A stretch of DNA of 63,019 bases, the filler included, from Nemertoderma westbladi (taxonomy: Eukaryota; Animalia; Xenacoelomorpha), in the NCBI GenBank assembly GCA_032718475.1. It is 3 parts of 3 records of this genome, joined end to end, with 100 filler letters (N's around TTAATTAATTAA, not from the genome) between each part and the next. Parts side by side here need not be neighbours in the genome. Positions count along the whole stretch, not along the records: positions 19,647 to 47,483 come from JAUCBJ010003588.1; 2 more parts are not named here. One strand, 5' to 3'. A program made the position numbers and the translations under genes. Below the pieces are notes generated by a model that was not told where the DNA came from, searched no databases, and saw nothing but the letters and a program-made list of their open reading frames with translations. Below are positions 34,901 through 45,830 of this stretch, piece by piece; the stretch's first letter is position 1; every line of letters begins with the position of its first letter.

Positions 34901-37900
34901 CGGCTGTTTGCCTGCCGTGATGCGGTGGTGGACGGCTGTTTGCCTGCCGTGATGCGGTGGTGGACGGCTGTTTGCCTGCCGTGATGCGGTGGTGGACGGC
35001 TGTTTGCCTGCCGTGATGCGGTGGTGGGCGGCTGTTTACCTGCCGTGATGCGGTGGTTGGCGGCTGTTTGCCTGCCGTGATGCGGTGGTGGACGGCTGTT
35101 TGCCTGCCGTGATGCGGTGGTGGACGGCTGTTTGCCTGCCGTGATGCGGTGGTGGACGGCTGTTTGCTTGCCGTGATGCGGTGGTGGACGGCTGTTTGCC
35201 TGCCGTGATGCGGTGGTGGACGGCTGTTTGCCTGCCGTGATGCGGTGGTGGGCGGCTGTTTGCCTGCCGTGATGCGGTGGTGGACGGCTGTTTGCCTGCC
35301 GTGATGCGGTGGTGGACGGCTGTTTGCCTGCCGTGATGCGGTGGTGGACGGCTGTTTGCCTGCCGTGATGCGGTGGTGGGCGGCTGTTTACCTGCCGTGA
35401 TGCGGTGGTTGGCGGCTGTTTGCCTGCCGTGATGCGGTGGTGGACGGCTGTTTGCCTGCCGTGATGCGGTGGTGGGCGGCTGTTTGCCTGCCGTGATGCG
35501 GTGGTGGACGGCTGTTTGCCTGCCGTGATGCGGTGGTGGACGGCTGTTTGCCTGCCGTGATGCGGTGGTGGACGGCTGTTTGCCTGCCGTGATGCGGTGA
35601 TGGGCGGCTGTTTACCTGCCGTGATGCGGTGGTTGGCGGCTGTTTGCCTGCCGTGATGCGGTGGTGGACGGCTGTTTGCCTGCCGTGATGCGGTGGTGGG
35701 CGGCTGTTTGCCTGCCGTGATGCGGTGGTGGACGGCTGTTTGCCTGCCGTGATGCGGTGGTGGACGGCTGTTTGCCTGCCGTGATGCGGTGGTGGGCGGC
35801 TGTTTGCCTGCCGTGATGCGGTGGTGGACGGCTGTTTGCCTGCCGTGATGCGGTGGTGGACGGCTGTTTGCCTGCCGTGATGCGGTGGTGGGCGGCTGTT
35901 TCCCTGCCGTGATGCAGTGGTGGGCGGCTGTTTGCCTGCCGTGATGCAGTGGTGGGCGGCTGTTTGCCTGCCGTGATGCGGTGGTGGACGGCTGTTTACG
36001 TTTTTTTATGAAAGGTATATTATTTGCCCATGTAGACCTACCTTTGTCCACTATCCAAATACCGCTTTACCAAAAGGTAACAAACATTTATTTAATCGGG
36101 TTTAAATACGTAGATTTTATATTATTTTTGGAGTTACACTAACAATCCTTAAATCTTTTTATTTATTATTATTAATATGACCTTAAAGAATTACATTATA
36201 TTAAAACTATTGTTTGTATATTTTTATTGTCAATATATACTTTGTCAACTTTATCGCGGTATCTAGGACACCCTTCACACCAATCTACTGTGAGCCTCAC
36301 ACCTTTACTAATTGTTATAATTAATTATCCTACCTGTAATCTTGGTATTGAGCGAAGGTGCCCCCGTTGAAATAGCTTGGGGCTGCTGGGTTGTCCATCA
36401 TTGATAGAAACTCCAAGTCCGGACATTTGGTCAATAAGTTGTCTAGAAACACTCCGATATTGTTTATCGAGTTGTGGTTTAACCACAGAGTTCTAAGGGA
36501 GTTTGTTACTGGTAGGTTGGCGTGGCTGGTTAATTCGTTGTTGTCCAACACCTAAATAATAATGTCAGTGAGACAGTTTCCGACAATAGTGTACATATAT
36601 CTGCTCCGAACTCAGATCCAAAGTGGACAGAAAATATGGCGAACTGTCAAATATGATTGTTAATATTTGATTGTTAATATTTATAATCCATACATATGGA
36701 ACAACTGAGATACTAGTTAAAATTAAATTAAAACAATAATGTGACCATATAATTAGATAAAATGTAATTAGTTCCGTAACTTATGTAAAAAAAGGGTATT
36801 CCGTAAATGATTAAAATTTGACATATTAACTGCGCATTTGGGGTCGATCAGTGGTCATCAGCCAGATTGCTGTTCGTATGCGGGATCTGCAAAGGGGGAT
36901 AGCCTGACATTCCAGGTAATGTTGTTTGGTGGTCGCTGAGCAACCACACATCCAGCATTCACAGCTATCAGCTGGCCTCCAACAACTGGGATTGGTGCAG
37001 ATGCGGTGGTGGTATCCATTTGATATCAGCTGTGCGGCATAGCGGCGGCGTAAACCGGAAAGTCCAGTAACGTCTATGTCGGACGCGTCTGGATGGTCAA
37101 TGGCGTGGATGATTGCAGTAGACGAGGCAAACTTGCTGATTCCGCACCATAACTTCCAGTAGAACGCTCGCACCCGTTGCACGTGGTCCAGTTGTGTAAT
37201 GTCGCTACTTGTGAAAATACTGCACCCGTATGTTGTCGATGGAAGGACGATTGATTGCCATAAACGTTGTGCCGATTGTTGGGATACTATACGAAGATTA
37301 ACTTTTGTAGCGATTAATACACAACTTGATATGCCTTTAGAATACATGTGACCATAATGCCCGCTAGCCCCATTTTTGGTTGATAGGATTACTCCTAAGT
37401 ATTGAAAACAGTTCTGGAATTCCAATACTTGCCCGTTGTATTCCAGAACATCAGTGCGTGCCAATCTACCTCCACGGCGAAACTTAACGGCTTTAGTCTT
37501 TGTGATATTGACTTCGAGTTTGTTAAGTTTACAATAATCAGCGAGTTTATTCAAACTAGATTGTACGTCTGCGATCGAGTCTCCAACAATTACTAGGTCG
37601 TTGGCGTACATTATCACCCAGATAGTAGCGAACACAATGTATGCGGGAAGGTCTGCCACGAAGAGACTAAATAATAGTGGGGAGAGTTTGTCGCCTTGGA
37701 CTACTCCAACCGTTTGAGCGATCGGTTCCAACACGTGCACTCCTACGCAGATGCACACGAAGTTTATCGAGATCAAGGTCCAAATCACGCTGATAAACTT
37801 TCGGCTCAATCCCACATTCGATAGTTTCATGCAGAGTATCTTGCGGTTTATTGAGTCAAAACATTTCCGGAAGTCTACAAAGACGCAATAAACGTGCCCG

Positions 37901-40900
37901 CCTGCTGGTTGTATAGCGATGTTAATACGGTTATATAAACATCTAACGGCGTCTATCGTAGATCGCGACTTCCTGAACCCGTATTGAGCACCAGGGAACG
38001 CGCCGATGCGCTCTGCCCAGTTGTACAGTCTTGTTGCTAAGATCGACGTGTAGGTTTTTAGCAAACACGAGAGTAACGCAATCCCGCGGTAACAGTCAGG
38101 CGAGGACTTACTTCCCTTCCCTTTGTACAACGGTATTAAGTATGACTTGAGCCATGCAGTGGGACACGTAGCTGCGGTAAAACATATACTAAATATACTT
38201 AATAGGTACGGGTGTAAGTGACCGATACCGAGCTTTAATGATTCCCCTGTGACACCATCTGGGCCCGCAGCTTTATGCTGTTTCTGTTTGTAGACAACCT
38301 CCGTGATCTCAGCAGGGTCAATTGGTTTATCTAATGCATCGACTGGCTGTTCGGGGATTGTTGGCAGCTGTGGACGACTATCTGAAGCGAGTAGCTTCAT
38401 GAAGTGGGATGACCAGGATTCCTCAGAGACCTGTTGCACTACGGGTTTAGTTGTTGATCGTTTGCCTTTTAGTATATTCCAGAAATTAGATTTATCCTCC
38501 TCACTGCGTTCAATTAGTTCAATTTCCTTTCTTTCCTCGTACAGCTTCTTTTTGCGTATTAGTAGATGTTTGTAATTTCGTTTGCTAACTGTATAAAGCT
38601 CCCTTGATTCAACAGTGGAATTGATACGAACCATTTCGAATTTATTTGTAATATCCTCCTTTGCTAGGTAGCACTCCCGGTCGAACCAGGGTTTCGCTGT
38701 CCGATGTTTGGGTCTCATTGCTGATTGGTTGATTGCCGATGTTATGTAATTGCACGCGGAGTCGATGCTATCATTAAGCGCATCCTGGAATTCAGCCGGA
38801 TTGAGAATAGATCCAAGTATATCGGTATCTATATGTCTGACTGCTGGAGTTCTTTGTTGGCGTTGTGTAATATCACTCATGGAGAGTTCCATTATAATAT
38901 GCTGGTGTTTAGTGTTTATTGTTGGTTTTACGTTTAATGTAGCCGAGTCTATAACTTGTTGCTCTACAAACACGAGATCGATCACGCTACTGCCATTCCA
39001 ACTGTAGTAAGTTGGAACTGTCGGGTCAGTTATACAATGTAACCCGGCCGATCGAAGACCATCGCATAGTAAGCTTCCATGTTCGCCAGTATCGAGGCGG
39101 CAGTTGAAATCCCCAATCATTATAATAGGAGAGTTCGTTGTAGATCTTATCGAGTTTATGGTATTTATCAGGTCTAGTAGTATGTCTGTTACATCTGTGT
39201 TCGGTTTGAAGTAACTGGATACAAACACAAATTCCGCGAATAGCATTGCCAGTACAGATTCACATTTATAGATGATGTTGTGCGTAGTTCCATGTCTCAT
39301 ATTAACCGCCACAGTAATACCGCCAAATGGGCGACCCTGCTCCCCTTTACTAGAAGGGATACTTCCGCAGGAGAAACCCGGAATCGTTAAGTCACTGTTG
39401 AAAGTTTCAGTTAGTAACAGAATATCCGTTGAAGTAAATGTATCATCTATTGTTGTCTCCATTGTAGTATTGGCACCTTCAACATTCCAACCCACCACTG
39501 TAAGTATGTTGGGACCGGTAGCTCGTTCCATATTGTCAATGGGAAATGGTAACTCACTCATTAGTTGTAGATTGTTTACAATTTGAAAGCGCAAACAATG
39601 TTTCTCGTGTTCACATAAACTTGTTATGTATCGATAGGGTTTGCTACATCCCGTACTAAGAATAGTTTGTTTATTTGGAGTTACAGGTGCCCCATGTCAA
39701 TCTTGGCCTGGGGCCGGGTTTGTTTCGGCCGGCTCGTTTGATTGCGGTTCGAAGGTTTGTGGGAACCGTCGTCGTAGACCCAGAGATTCTCGCTCGTCAT
39801 CACTCAGTTTGTAATTTCTGATTGAAATTCCGACCTCCCACAGACCGGGGTCCATGAGGGAACTCCGATTCTCCTGGTCGCAATTAAGGTGAAAGCTCCT
39901 GTATGGGGAGTCCTGCCGACTTGGAATAGGAACGACAGAGTCGAATTTCTGATTTTCACTCTTTAGGAAGTCCGAGATATCCCCTTCTGTTACACTCGGA
40001 TCTAGTCGCCCGATATGAATATGTGCTGTCTGTTTCTGCGAAGTAGTCGTTGCTTTGCGTGGCTGGGCGACGCGTAGCGGGCCGCCTACACGATTACCCC
40101 GAGTCAGCGTATTCGCGTGGTTTGTCCGCGTTGATGTACTACCGGTACCGGTATTTGTATTTCGGTAGTTGCCTCCAGAGTTATTATCCCCCCTTTCCTG
40201 TATTAGGTTCAGACGCTGCGGGTGTATATAACCAAGCTGCCCCGTACCAGTGGCTGCAGTGGTCCCGGGCCCCCCTCCCGCCACGTCCGCGTAAGAACCG
40301 GTGGCAAGGGGTGCGGCAGCTGGTTGAGGGTGAGGGTGGGAGTGGGATTCGAGGTCGGTTGGTTGTGCTACTGGTTCCGTTTCAGTTATGCGTTTCAAGA
40401 GTTCATTCTTTGATACAATGGTTTCTTCGCGGGATGTTGCGAGTTTATCTAAAACGATTGTGTACATTGCTGTTATCATCAGTAGGCAGTCAGTAAGTTG
40501 TTTTTCCTCTTCGTTTGAGGTGCTCCTCTTTTGTTTTATTTCTCGTACTAGTCCGAGTGCTTCTCTCTGCAATCGGATGAACTCTTCCGCCAGTATGGTT
40601 TACTCAATTTAAAATTACAGCAGTTAATTAATAATATGAACATTCAGAAGTGGCCAGAGGGTAAGTTATATTGCTTCTATCTATCTGGTACAGCCCAGAA
40701 TGAAATACGGTACTCCGAGAGTTTGCACGCACAACAGTTGTTAACATACTGTCAAATATAAGAATATTATAAATTACACATTATCATTTTTGTGCATTAT
40801 TATTAAGTATTTGTATATTAGTACATATTATTATAGATTCATCTGATCATAGATTATTAATTATATTAAATTTATTACATATACAAAACAAAACAAAAAC

Positions 40901-43470
40901 ACTATTTAACAAGTTGAAACAACAAAAAATTTAAAATTCGTCTGCCAGCCCAACACCGCGCAGACCCGCCCCGTCGCCAAATCCCAGAGCCCGACAAGAC
41001 CGACATCCCCCTCGGAGGCAGAGGGAGTTGGACCGGAGGAGCGCGAACTGCAACCGCCGGCGAACACCCCCCAGAACGCACGCGAGGCCCCTCTCTCTCA
41101 TACCATCCTGCCTCGACATAAGTGTCTCGGCGAGATGGCGGATTAAGATCTGGGCCTCAACGCACCATACACCATTGGTGGTGCCGACCAGAGGGGTGAA
41201 CGCCATCCTCCGGTCCTCGCAGACGGTCTGGTAATGCAGCTTCTTTATCCGGCACCTCTGCTCCAGTAGGGACTCAGTCGAGCGGTTGGTCTGGGCGTAA
41301 GAGGTGGCGTCAGCGTTTAAAACCGCGATATCGAACGACGCCACTCTCTGGTTAGCCCAGACCCCCCGCGCGACCAAGTCCGCCCGCACTCCCCCTACCT
41401 CCCGACCCTCTCTGTCGAGGTAACCCCGGGACAGGGTCACCTCCCGTTCTACGTTCGAGTTCCCGAACACGGAAGCCAACAGGTCCCCGAAGACCTTCCC
41501 TTTTTGTGCATTATTGATTTTATCGTTTGTGTCCAATGGCAACGACACAAATTGTTCATGGGCCCATATAACTAATTTTATTATTTACCTATTTATTTCG
41601 GTTCTATCTTGTATACAAGACTAACGGCTATATTGAAAAATATCGAGACATGAAAAATATCGAGAGTAAAAATCTCGAGTGTTAAAAAATATCGAGAGTA
41701 AAACTATCGAGTGTTGAAAAATATCGAGAGTAAAAATATCGAGTGTTGAAAAATATCGAGTGTTGAAAAATATCGAGTGTTGAAAAATATCGAGAGTAAA
41801 AATATCGAGTGTTGAAAAATATCGAGTGTTGAAAAATATCGAGTGTTGAAAAATATCGAGTGTTGAAAAATGTCGAGTCTTGAAAAATATCGAGTGTTGA
41901 AAAATATCGAGTGTTGAAAAATATCGAGTGTTGAAAAATATCGAGTGTTGAAAAATATCGAGAGTAAAAATATCGAGTGTTGAAAATATCGAGAGTAAAA
42001 ATATCGGGTGTTGAAAAATATCGAGAGCAAAAATATCGAGTGTTGAAAAATATCGAGTGTTGAAAAATATCGAGTGTTGAAAAATAACGATAATATCGAG
42101 AGTTCAAAAATATCGAGAGTAAAAATCTCGAGTGTTAAAAAATATCGAGAGTAAAAATATCGACTGTTGAAAAATATCGAGTGTTGAAAAATATCGAGAG
42201 TAAAAATATCGAGTGTTGAAAAATATCGAAAGTAAAAATATCGAGTGTTGAAAAATATCGAGAGCAAAAATATCGAGTGTTGAAAAATATCGAGTGTTGA
42301 AAAATCTCATCTCGAGTGTTAAAAAATATCGAGAGTAAAAATATCGAGTGTTGAAAAATATCGAGAGTAAAAATATCGAGTGTTGAAAAATATCGAGTGT
42401 TGAAAAATATCGAGTGTTGAAAAATATCGAGTGTTGAAAAATATCGAGTGTTGAAAAATATCGAGTGATGAAACATATCGAGTGTTGAAAAATATCGAGT
42501 GTTGAAAAATGTCGAGTGTTGAAAAATATCGAGTGTTGAAAAATAACGATAATATCGAGAGTTCAAAAATATCGAGAGTAAAAATCTCGAGTGTTAAAAA
42601 ATATCGAGAGTAAAAATATCGAGTGTTGAAAAATATCGAGAGTAAAAATATCGAACGTTGAAAAATATCGAGAGTAAAAATCTCGAGTGTTGAAAAATAT
42701 CGAGTGTTGAAAAATATCGAGTGTTAAAAAATATCGAGTGTTGATAAATAACGATAATATCGAGAGTTCAAAAATATCGAGAGTAAAAATCTCGAGTGTT
42801 AAAAAATATCGAGAGTAAAAATATCGAGTGTTGAAAAATATCGAGTGTTGAAAAATATCGAGAGTAAAAATATCGAGTGGTTAAAAATATCGAGAGTAAA
42901 AATATCGAGTGTTGAAAAATATCGAGAGCAAAAATATCGAGTGTTGAAAAATATCGAGTGTTGAAAAATATCGAGAGTTTTCAGCACTCGATATTTTTAC
43001 TCTCGATATTTTTACTCTCGTTGTTTTTACTCTCGATATTTTTCAACACTCGATATTTATCAACACTCGATATTTATCAACACTCGATATTTTTACTCTC
43101 GATATTTTTCAACACTCGATGTTTTTACTCTCGATATTTTTCAGCACTCGATATTTTTACTCTCGATAATTTTCCACACTCGTTATTTTCGATATTTTTC
43201 ATCTCGCGTTATTTTTACTCTCGGTATTTTTACTCTCGTTATTTTTACTCTCGATATTTTTCAAGTCTCGATATTTTTCACCATTACCATACTAACCAAT
43301 GTTTCCAGGTTTATCATCCGACTAAGAAAGCCATATTCCGTTAGTTTGTTTGCAGTGAGATCTAATTCAACTATAATCTCTTCTAATTCTCGACAAATAT
43401 TGATTTCATTAAGGTTTTTATGAGCCAAACTAATTCTGCACCATTTAGTCTCCACAATAGAACTGGGCAT
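22980..43470 (-). CDS. LRMDA: LRMDA-like (C10orf11-type) leucine-rich-repeat/LRRcap protein, 3 exons: 43470-43297, 36551-36334, 23133-22980 (181 aa)
   Basis: ATG to TAA, 174+218+154=546 nt in frame via GT-AG junctions: ...ELDLTANKL...LETL|VLDNNEL...LRTLWLNHNSI...LEFLSMMDNPAAPSYFNGGTFAQYQDYR|HYVISQFPKLKALDD...ERQEA. Confidence 0.82.
23935..26884. repeat. 32-bp GC-rich satellite, array 1 (ctgtttgcctgccgtgatgcggtggtggacgg)
   Basis: About 92 tandem units in LRMDA intron 2. Confidence 0.97.
26885..27956 (-). mobile_element. 5'-truncated RTE-clade LINE (RT C-terminal half, (TAG)n tail), copy A
   Basis: GVLQGDTLAPFLF, DLDFADDL, FCYLGS, LLYGSPCW, RLRFAGHC; (TAG)n tail. Confidence 0.92.
27957..28691. 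repeat. 32-bp satellite, array 2
   Basis: About 23 units. Confidence 0.95.
28692..30855 (-). mobile_element. Partial duplicate of the RTEX-like LINE (RT plus 3' end) carrying about 100 bp of host intron flank
   Basis: Near-identical to 36548-38710, including sequence beyond the TSD. Confidence 0.92.
30856..31851. repeat. 32-bp satellite, array 3
   Basis: About 31 units. Confidence 0.95.
31852..32923 (-). mobile_element. 5'-truncated RTE-clade LINE, copy B
   Basis: Same length and junctions as copy A, with a few substitutions. Confidence 0.92.
32924..35997. repeat. 32-bp satellite, array 4
   Basis: About 96 units. Confidence 0.97.
36826..39594 (-). CDS. LINE ORF2: AP endonuclease, reverse transcriptase and C-terminal Cys/His knuckle (RT motif YAND)
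   Basis: WNVEG, LLTET, IGDFNC, SVIDLVF (APE); PWFDREC, YRGIALLS, QYGFR, VDFRKCFDS, QGDKLSP, MYAND, FQYLG (RT); CWMC..HYLEC. First ATG at about 39561. Confidence 0.92.
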   Translation of the reverse strand: MRFQIVNNLQLMSELPFPIDNMERATGPNILTVVGWNVEGANTTMETTIDDTFTSTDILLLTETFNSDLTIPGFSCGSIPSSKGEQGRPFGGITVAVNMRHGTTHNIIYKCESVLAMLFAEFVFVSSYFKPNTDVTDILLDLINTINSIRSTTNSPIIMIGDFNCRLDTGEHGSLLCDGLRSAGLHCITDPTVPTYYSWNGSSVIDLVFVEQQVIDSATLNVKPTINTKHQHIIMELSMSDITQRQQRTPAVRHIDTDILGSILNPAEFQDALNDSIDSACNYITSAINQSAMRPKHRTAKPWFDRECYLAKEDITNKFEMVRINSTVESRELYTVSKRNYKHLLIRKKKLYEERKEIELIERSEEDKSNFWNILKGKRSTTKPVVQQVSEESWSSHFMKLLASDSRPQLPTIPEQPVDALDKPIDPAEITEVVYKQKQHKAAGPDGVTGESLKLGIGHLHPYLLSIFSICFTAATCPTAWLKSYLIPLYKGKGSKSSPDCYRGIALLSCLLKTYTSILATRLYNWAERIGAFPGAQYGFRKSRSTIDAVRCLYNRINIAIQPAGGHVYCVFVDFRKCFDSINRKILCMKLSNVGLSRKFISVIWTLISINFVCICVGVHVLEPIAQTVGVVQGDKLSPLLFSLFVADLPAYIVFATIWVIMYANDLVIVGDSIADVQSSLNKLADYCKLNKLEVNITKTKAVKFRRGGRLARTDVLEYNGQVLEFQNCFQYLGVILSTKNGASGHYGHMYSKGISSCVLIATKVNLRIVSQQSAQRLWQSIVLPSTTYGCSIFTSSDITQLDHVQRVRAFYWKLWCGISKFASSTAIIHAIDHPDASDIDVTGLSGLRRRYAAQLISNGYHHRICTNPSCWRPADSCECWMCGCSATTKQHYLECQAIPLCRSRIRTAIWLMTTDRPQMRS
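39697..40572 (-). CDS. LINE ORF1 (coiled coil plus RRM-like domain)
   Basis: Lies upstream of ORF2; SYADVA and HIHIGRLDPSVTEGDISDFL...SFHL...LWEVGISI are typical ORF1 RRM-like motifs. No ATG at the 5' end of the frame. Confidence 0.75.
   Translation of the reverse strand: MQREALGLVREIKQKRSTSNEEEKQLTDCLLMITAMYTIVLDKLATSREETIVSKNELLKRITETEPVAQPTDLESHSHPHPQPAAAPLATGSYADVAGGGPGTTAATGTGQLGYIHPQRLNLIQERGDNNSGGNYRNTNTGTGSTSTRTNHANTLTRGNRVGGPLRVAQPRKATTTSQKQTAHIHIGRLDPSVTEGDISDFLKSENQKFDSVVPIPSRQDSPYRSFHLNCDQENRSSLMDPGLWEVGISIRNYKLSDDERESLGLRRRFPQTFEPQSNEPAETNPAPGQD
40802..41500 (-). mobile_element. 5'-truncated CRE-like non-LTR element (restriction-like endonuclease C-terminus), 15-bp TSD
   Basis: RADLVARGVW..RVASFDIAV.NADATSY..KKLHY..C..RRMAFTPLV.TTNG.W...SLCLRG; TSD tttttgtgcattatt at 40787-40801 and 41501-41515. 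Confidence 0.85.
41633..43280. repeat. 17/15-bp satellite (gtgttgaaaaatatcga / gagtaaaaatatcga) whose orientation inverts at about 42977
   Basis: Forward units 41633-42976; reverse-complement units 42980-43280. Confidence 0.93.
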
Positions 43471-43744
43471 CTTTATTATTTTATAAATAGTTGAATTATA
43501 TTTAGAGACAGAGAAAGGAACAGGTTACAGTGGCACGTTATTTTAACCAAAACAATAAACTAAACACAATAGGTTAAACACAGGTTACAGTTTTATTTTT
43601 GAGAGTAATCATCTGTTATTTGCGTCCAATTTCCCCTGGAGAGGGATTAATTTTTATTGCGGCCAGTTTCCCCCCTTATCTGTATAAGTTATAATTTATA
43701 ACATTAATAGCATAAATCGATAATGACTTTACTCACAGATATAC

Positions 43745-44003
43745 TAGGCCTACTACTGCTATTATCGGCCTGCTGCATTGCAGCTGCATATTGAGATGCT
43801 ATGCTGGCTTTAAAAAAAATTTTGCCACCACCATGCAATCCACAATTGGCAAACCCAATGCAGTGTGCATTGAAAAGGCTATGCCAGCTTATCAACAAAG
43901 TTGCACAGTCACAACTCCCTATCCCCCATGACATTTGCTAGATCATCCGCATCTTCAAGGCCAGTGTTCTTTAAGATGCGTCTCAAGAAAGTCATGGGCT
44001 GTG
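43745..44003 (-). mobile_element. RTE 3' fragment with small internal insertion
   Basis: cccatgacatttgctagatcatccgcatc...aagaaagtcatgggctgt matches the RTE 3' end. Confidence 0.8.
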
Positions 44004-44209
44004 ACCCCCCCCCCCCCCCCCCATCAAGACCACCCCCCCACCCCCACCCCAACCCCCTGCCGGGATTGAGCCCACGACCTCCTGTGAATTCAAAGCAAAG
44101 GATTTAAGATACGAAGATATTGAGATATTAACTGACTAAACTGAATGGTAAAGCTCTCAGAATTCGTGGCTCGCCCCACAATATATTCAATAAATTTTTT
44201 TGTCCTTTT

Positions 44210-44403
44210 TTTTTACTTTTTATGTCCTCCAGAAATCTACCGTTAGGTTCAATGCTACCGGTTTCTCTACTGCTGTTCTCTCAGGCTATCAGTACCGGTA
44301 TTAGTTTTTTTTTACTTTTTATGTCGTCCAGAAATTTACCGTTAGGTTCCATGCTACCGGTTTCTCTACTGCTGTTCTCTCAGGCTATCAGTACCGGTAT
44401 TAG
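44210..44403. repeat. About 99-bp direct tandem duplication
   Basis: ttacttttt..atgtc.tccagaaat...cagtaccggtattagt occurs twice. Confidence 0.85.
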
Positions 44404-44561
44404 TATATAGAGCTCTATTTTGTAGTATTGCATGTACAGATGTAGGTATAAAGCAAGTATTTTTGGTATTTTAGTACCGGTACCGGCACCGGTACTGCTG
44501 TGTAGGCCTACTGTGTAGCCTACCATTTAAATACGGTACTGGTAGGCCTACCGGATGACCG

Positions 44562-45830
44562 GTTGTTTTGGTTAGAAAATCCCGCCTCTGTAACCTGCTC
44601 CTTCCCCTGATTTGGTAAAGTGACTGTTTATTGTTTTGGTTAGAAAATCCCGCCTCTGTAACCTGCTCCTTTCCCTGATTTGGTAAAGTTACCGTTTATT
44701 GTTTTTGGTTAGAAAGGCCCGCCTCTGTAACCTGTTCCTTTCCTTCATTTAGTAAAATGACTGTTTGTTGTTTTGGTTAGAAAATCCCGCCTCTGTAACC
44801 TGCCCCTTTCCCTCAATTAGTTAAATTATCGTTTATTGTTTTGGTTAGAAAGTCCCGTCTCTGTAACCTGCTCCTTTCCCTGATTTGGTAAAGTGACCGT
44901 TTATTGTTTTGGTTAGAAAGGCTCGCCTCTGTAACCTGCTCCTTTCCTTCATTTAGTAAAGTGACTGTTTATTGTTTTGGTTAGAAAGTCCCGCCTCTGT
45001 AACCTGCACCTTTCCCTCAATTAGTTAATGATCGTTTATTGTTTTGGTTAGAAAACTCCGCCTCTGTAACCTGCCCCTTTCCCTCAATTAGTTAAATGAT
45101 CGTTTAATGTTTTGGTTAGAAAATCCCGCCTCTGTAACCTGCTCCTTTCCCTCAATTAGTTAAGTGATCGTTTATTGTCTTGGTTAGAAAATTCCGCCTC
45201 TGTAACCTGCCCCTTTCCCTCAATTAGTTAAATGATCGTTTATTGTTTTGGTTAGAAAATCCCGCCTCTGTAACCTGCTCCTTTCCCTCAATTAGTTAAG
45301 TGATCGTTTATTGTTTTGGTTAGAAAATCCCGCCTCTGTAACCTGCTCCTTTCCCTCAATTAGTTAAGTGATCGTTTATTTTTTGGTTAGAAAATCTCGT
45401 CTCTGTAACCTGTTCCTTTCCCTCAATTCGTTAAGTGATCGTTTATTGTTTTGGTTAGAAAATCCCGTCTCTGTAACCTGCTCCTTTCCCTGATTTGGTA
45501 AAGTGACTGTTTGTTGTTTTGGTTAGAAAAACCCGCCTATGTAACCTGCTCCTTTATCTCAATTGGTAATGTTATCGTTTATTGTTTTGGTTAGAAAATC
45601 CCGTCTCTGTAACCTGCTCCTTTCCCTGATTTGGTAAAGTGACTGCTTATTGTTTTGGTTAGAAAATCCCGCGCCTCTGTAAGCCGCTCCTTTCCCTCAA
45701 TTAGTTAAATGATCGTTTATTGTTTTGGTTAGAAAGGCCCGCCTCTGTAACCTCCTTGGTAAAGTGACTGTTTATTGTTTTGGTTAGAAAATCCGGGCTT
45801 CACCTCCTCCTTTCCATCAATTGGTAATTG
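44562..45830. repeat. 68-bp tandem repeat, about 18 copies
   Basis: ttgttttggttagaaaatcccgcctctgtaacctgctcctttccctcaattagttaagtgatcgttta; period 68 (45243 to 45311). Confidence 0.93.

Larger units (their letters stand above)
36655..40747 (-). mobile_element. Apparently full-length two-ORF APE-type LINE (RTEX-like), 12-bp TSD
   Basis: TSD actgtcaaatat at 36643-36654 and 40748-40759; tandem AAATATTAACAATC 3' tail; ORF1 plus ORF2. Confidence 0.88.

Noticed and set aside
23935-35997. CRISPR-like 32-bp repeats
   Set aside because: Units are head-to-tail with no unique spacers, there are no cas genes, and the context is eukaryotic.
23779-36051. Giant minus-strand ORFs (up to 1072 aa) of PPPHHGRQ/HHRITAGKQ repeats
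   Set aside because: They translate a 32-bp unit with no minus-strand stop. All three frames are open at once and the unit is not a multiple of 3.
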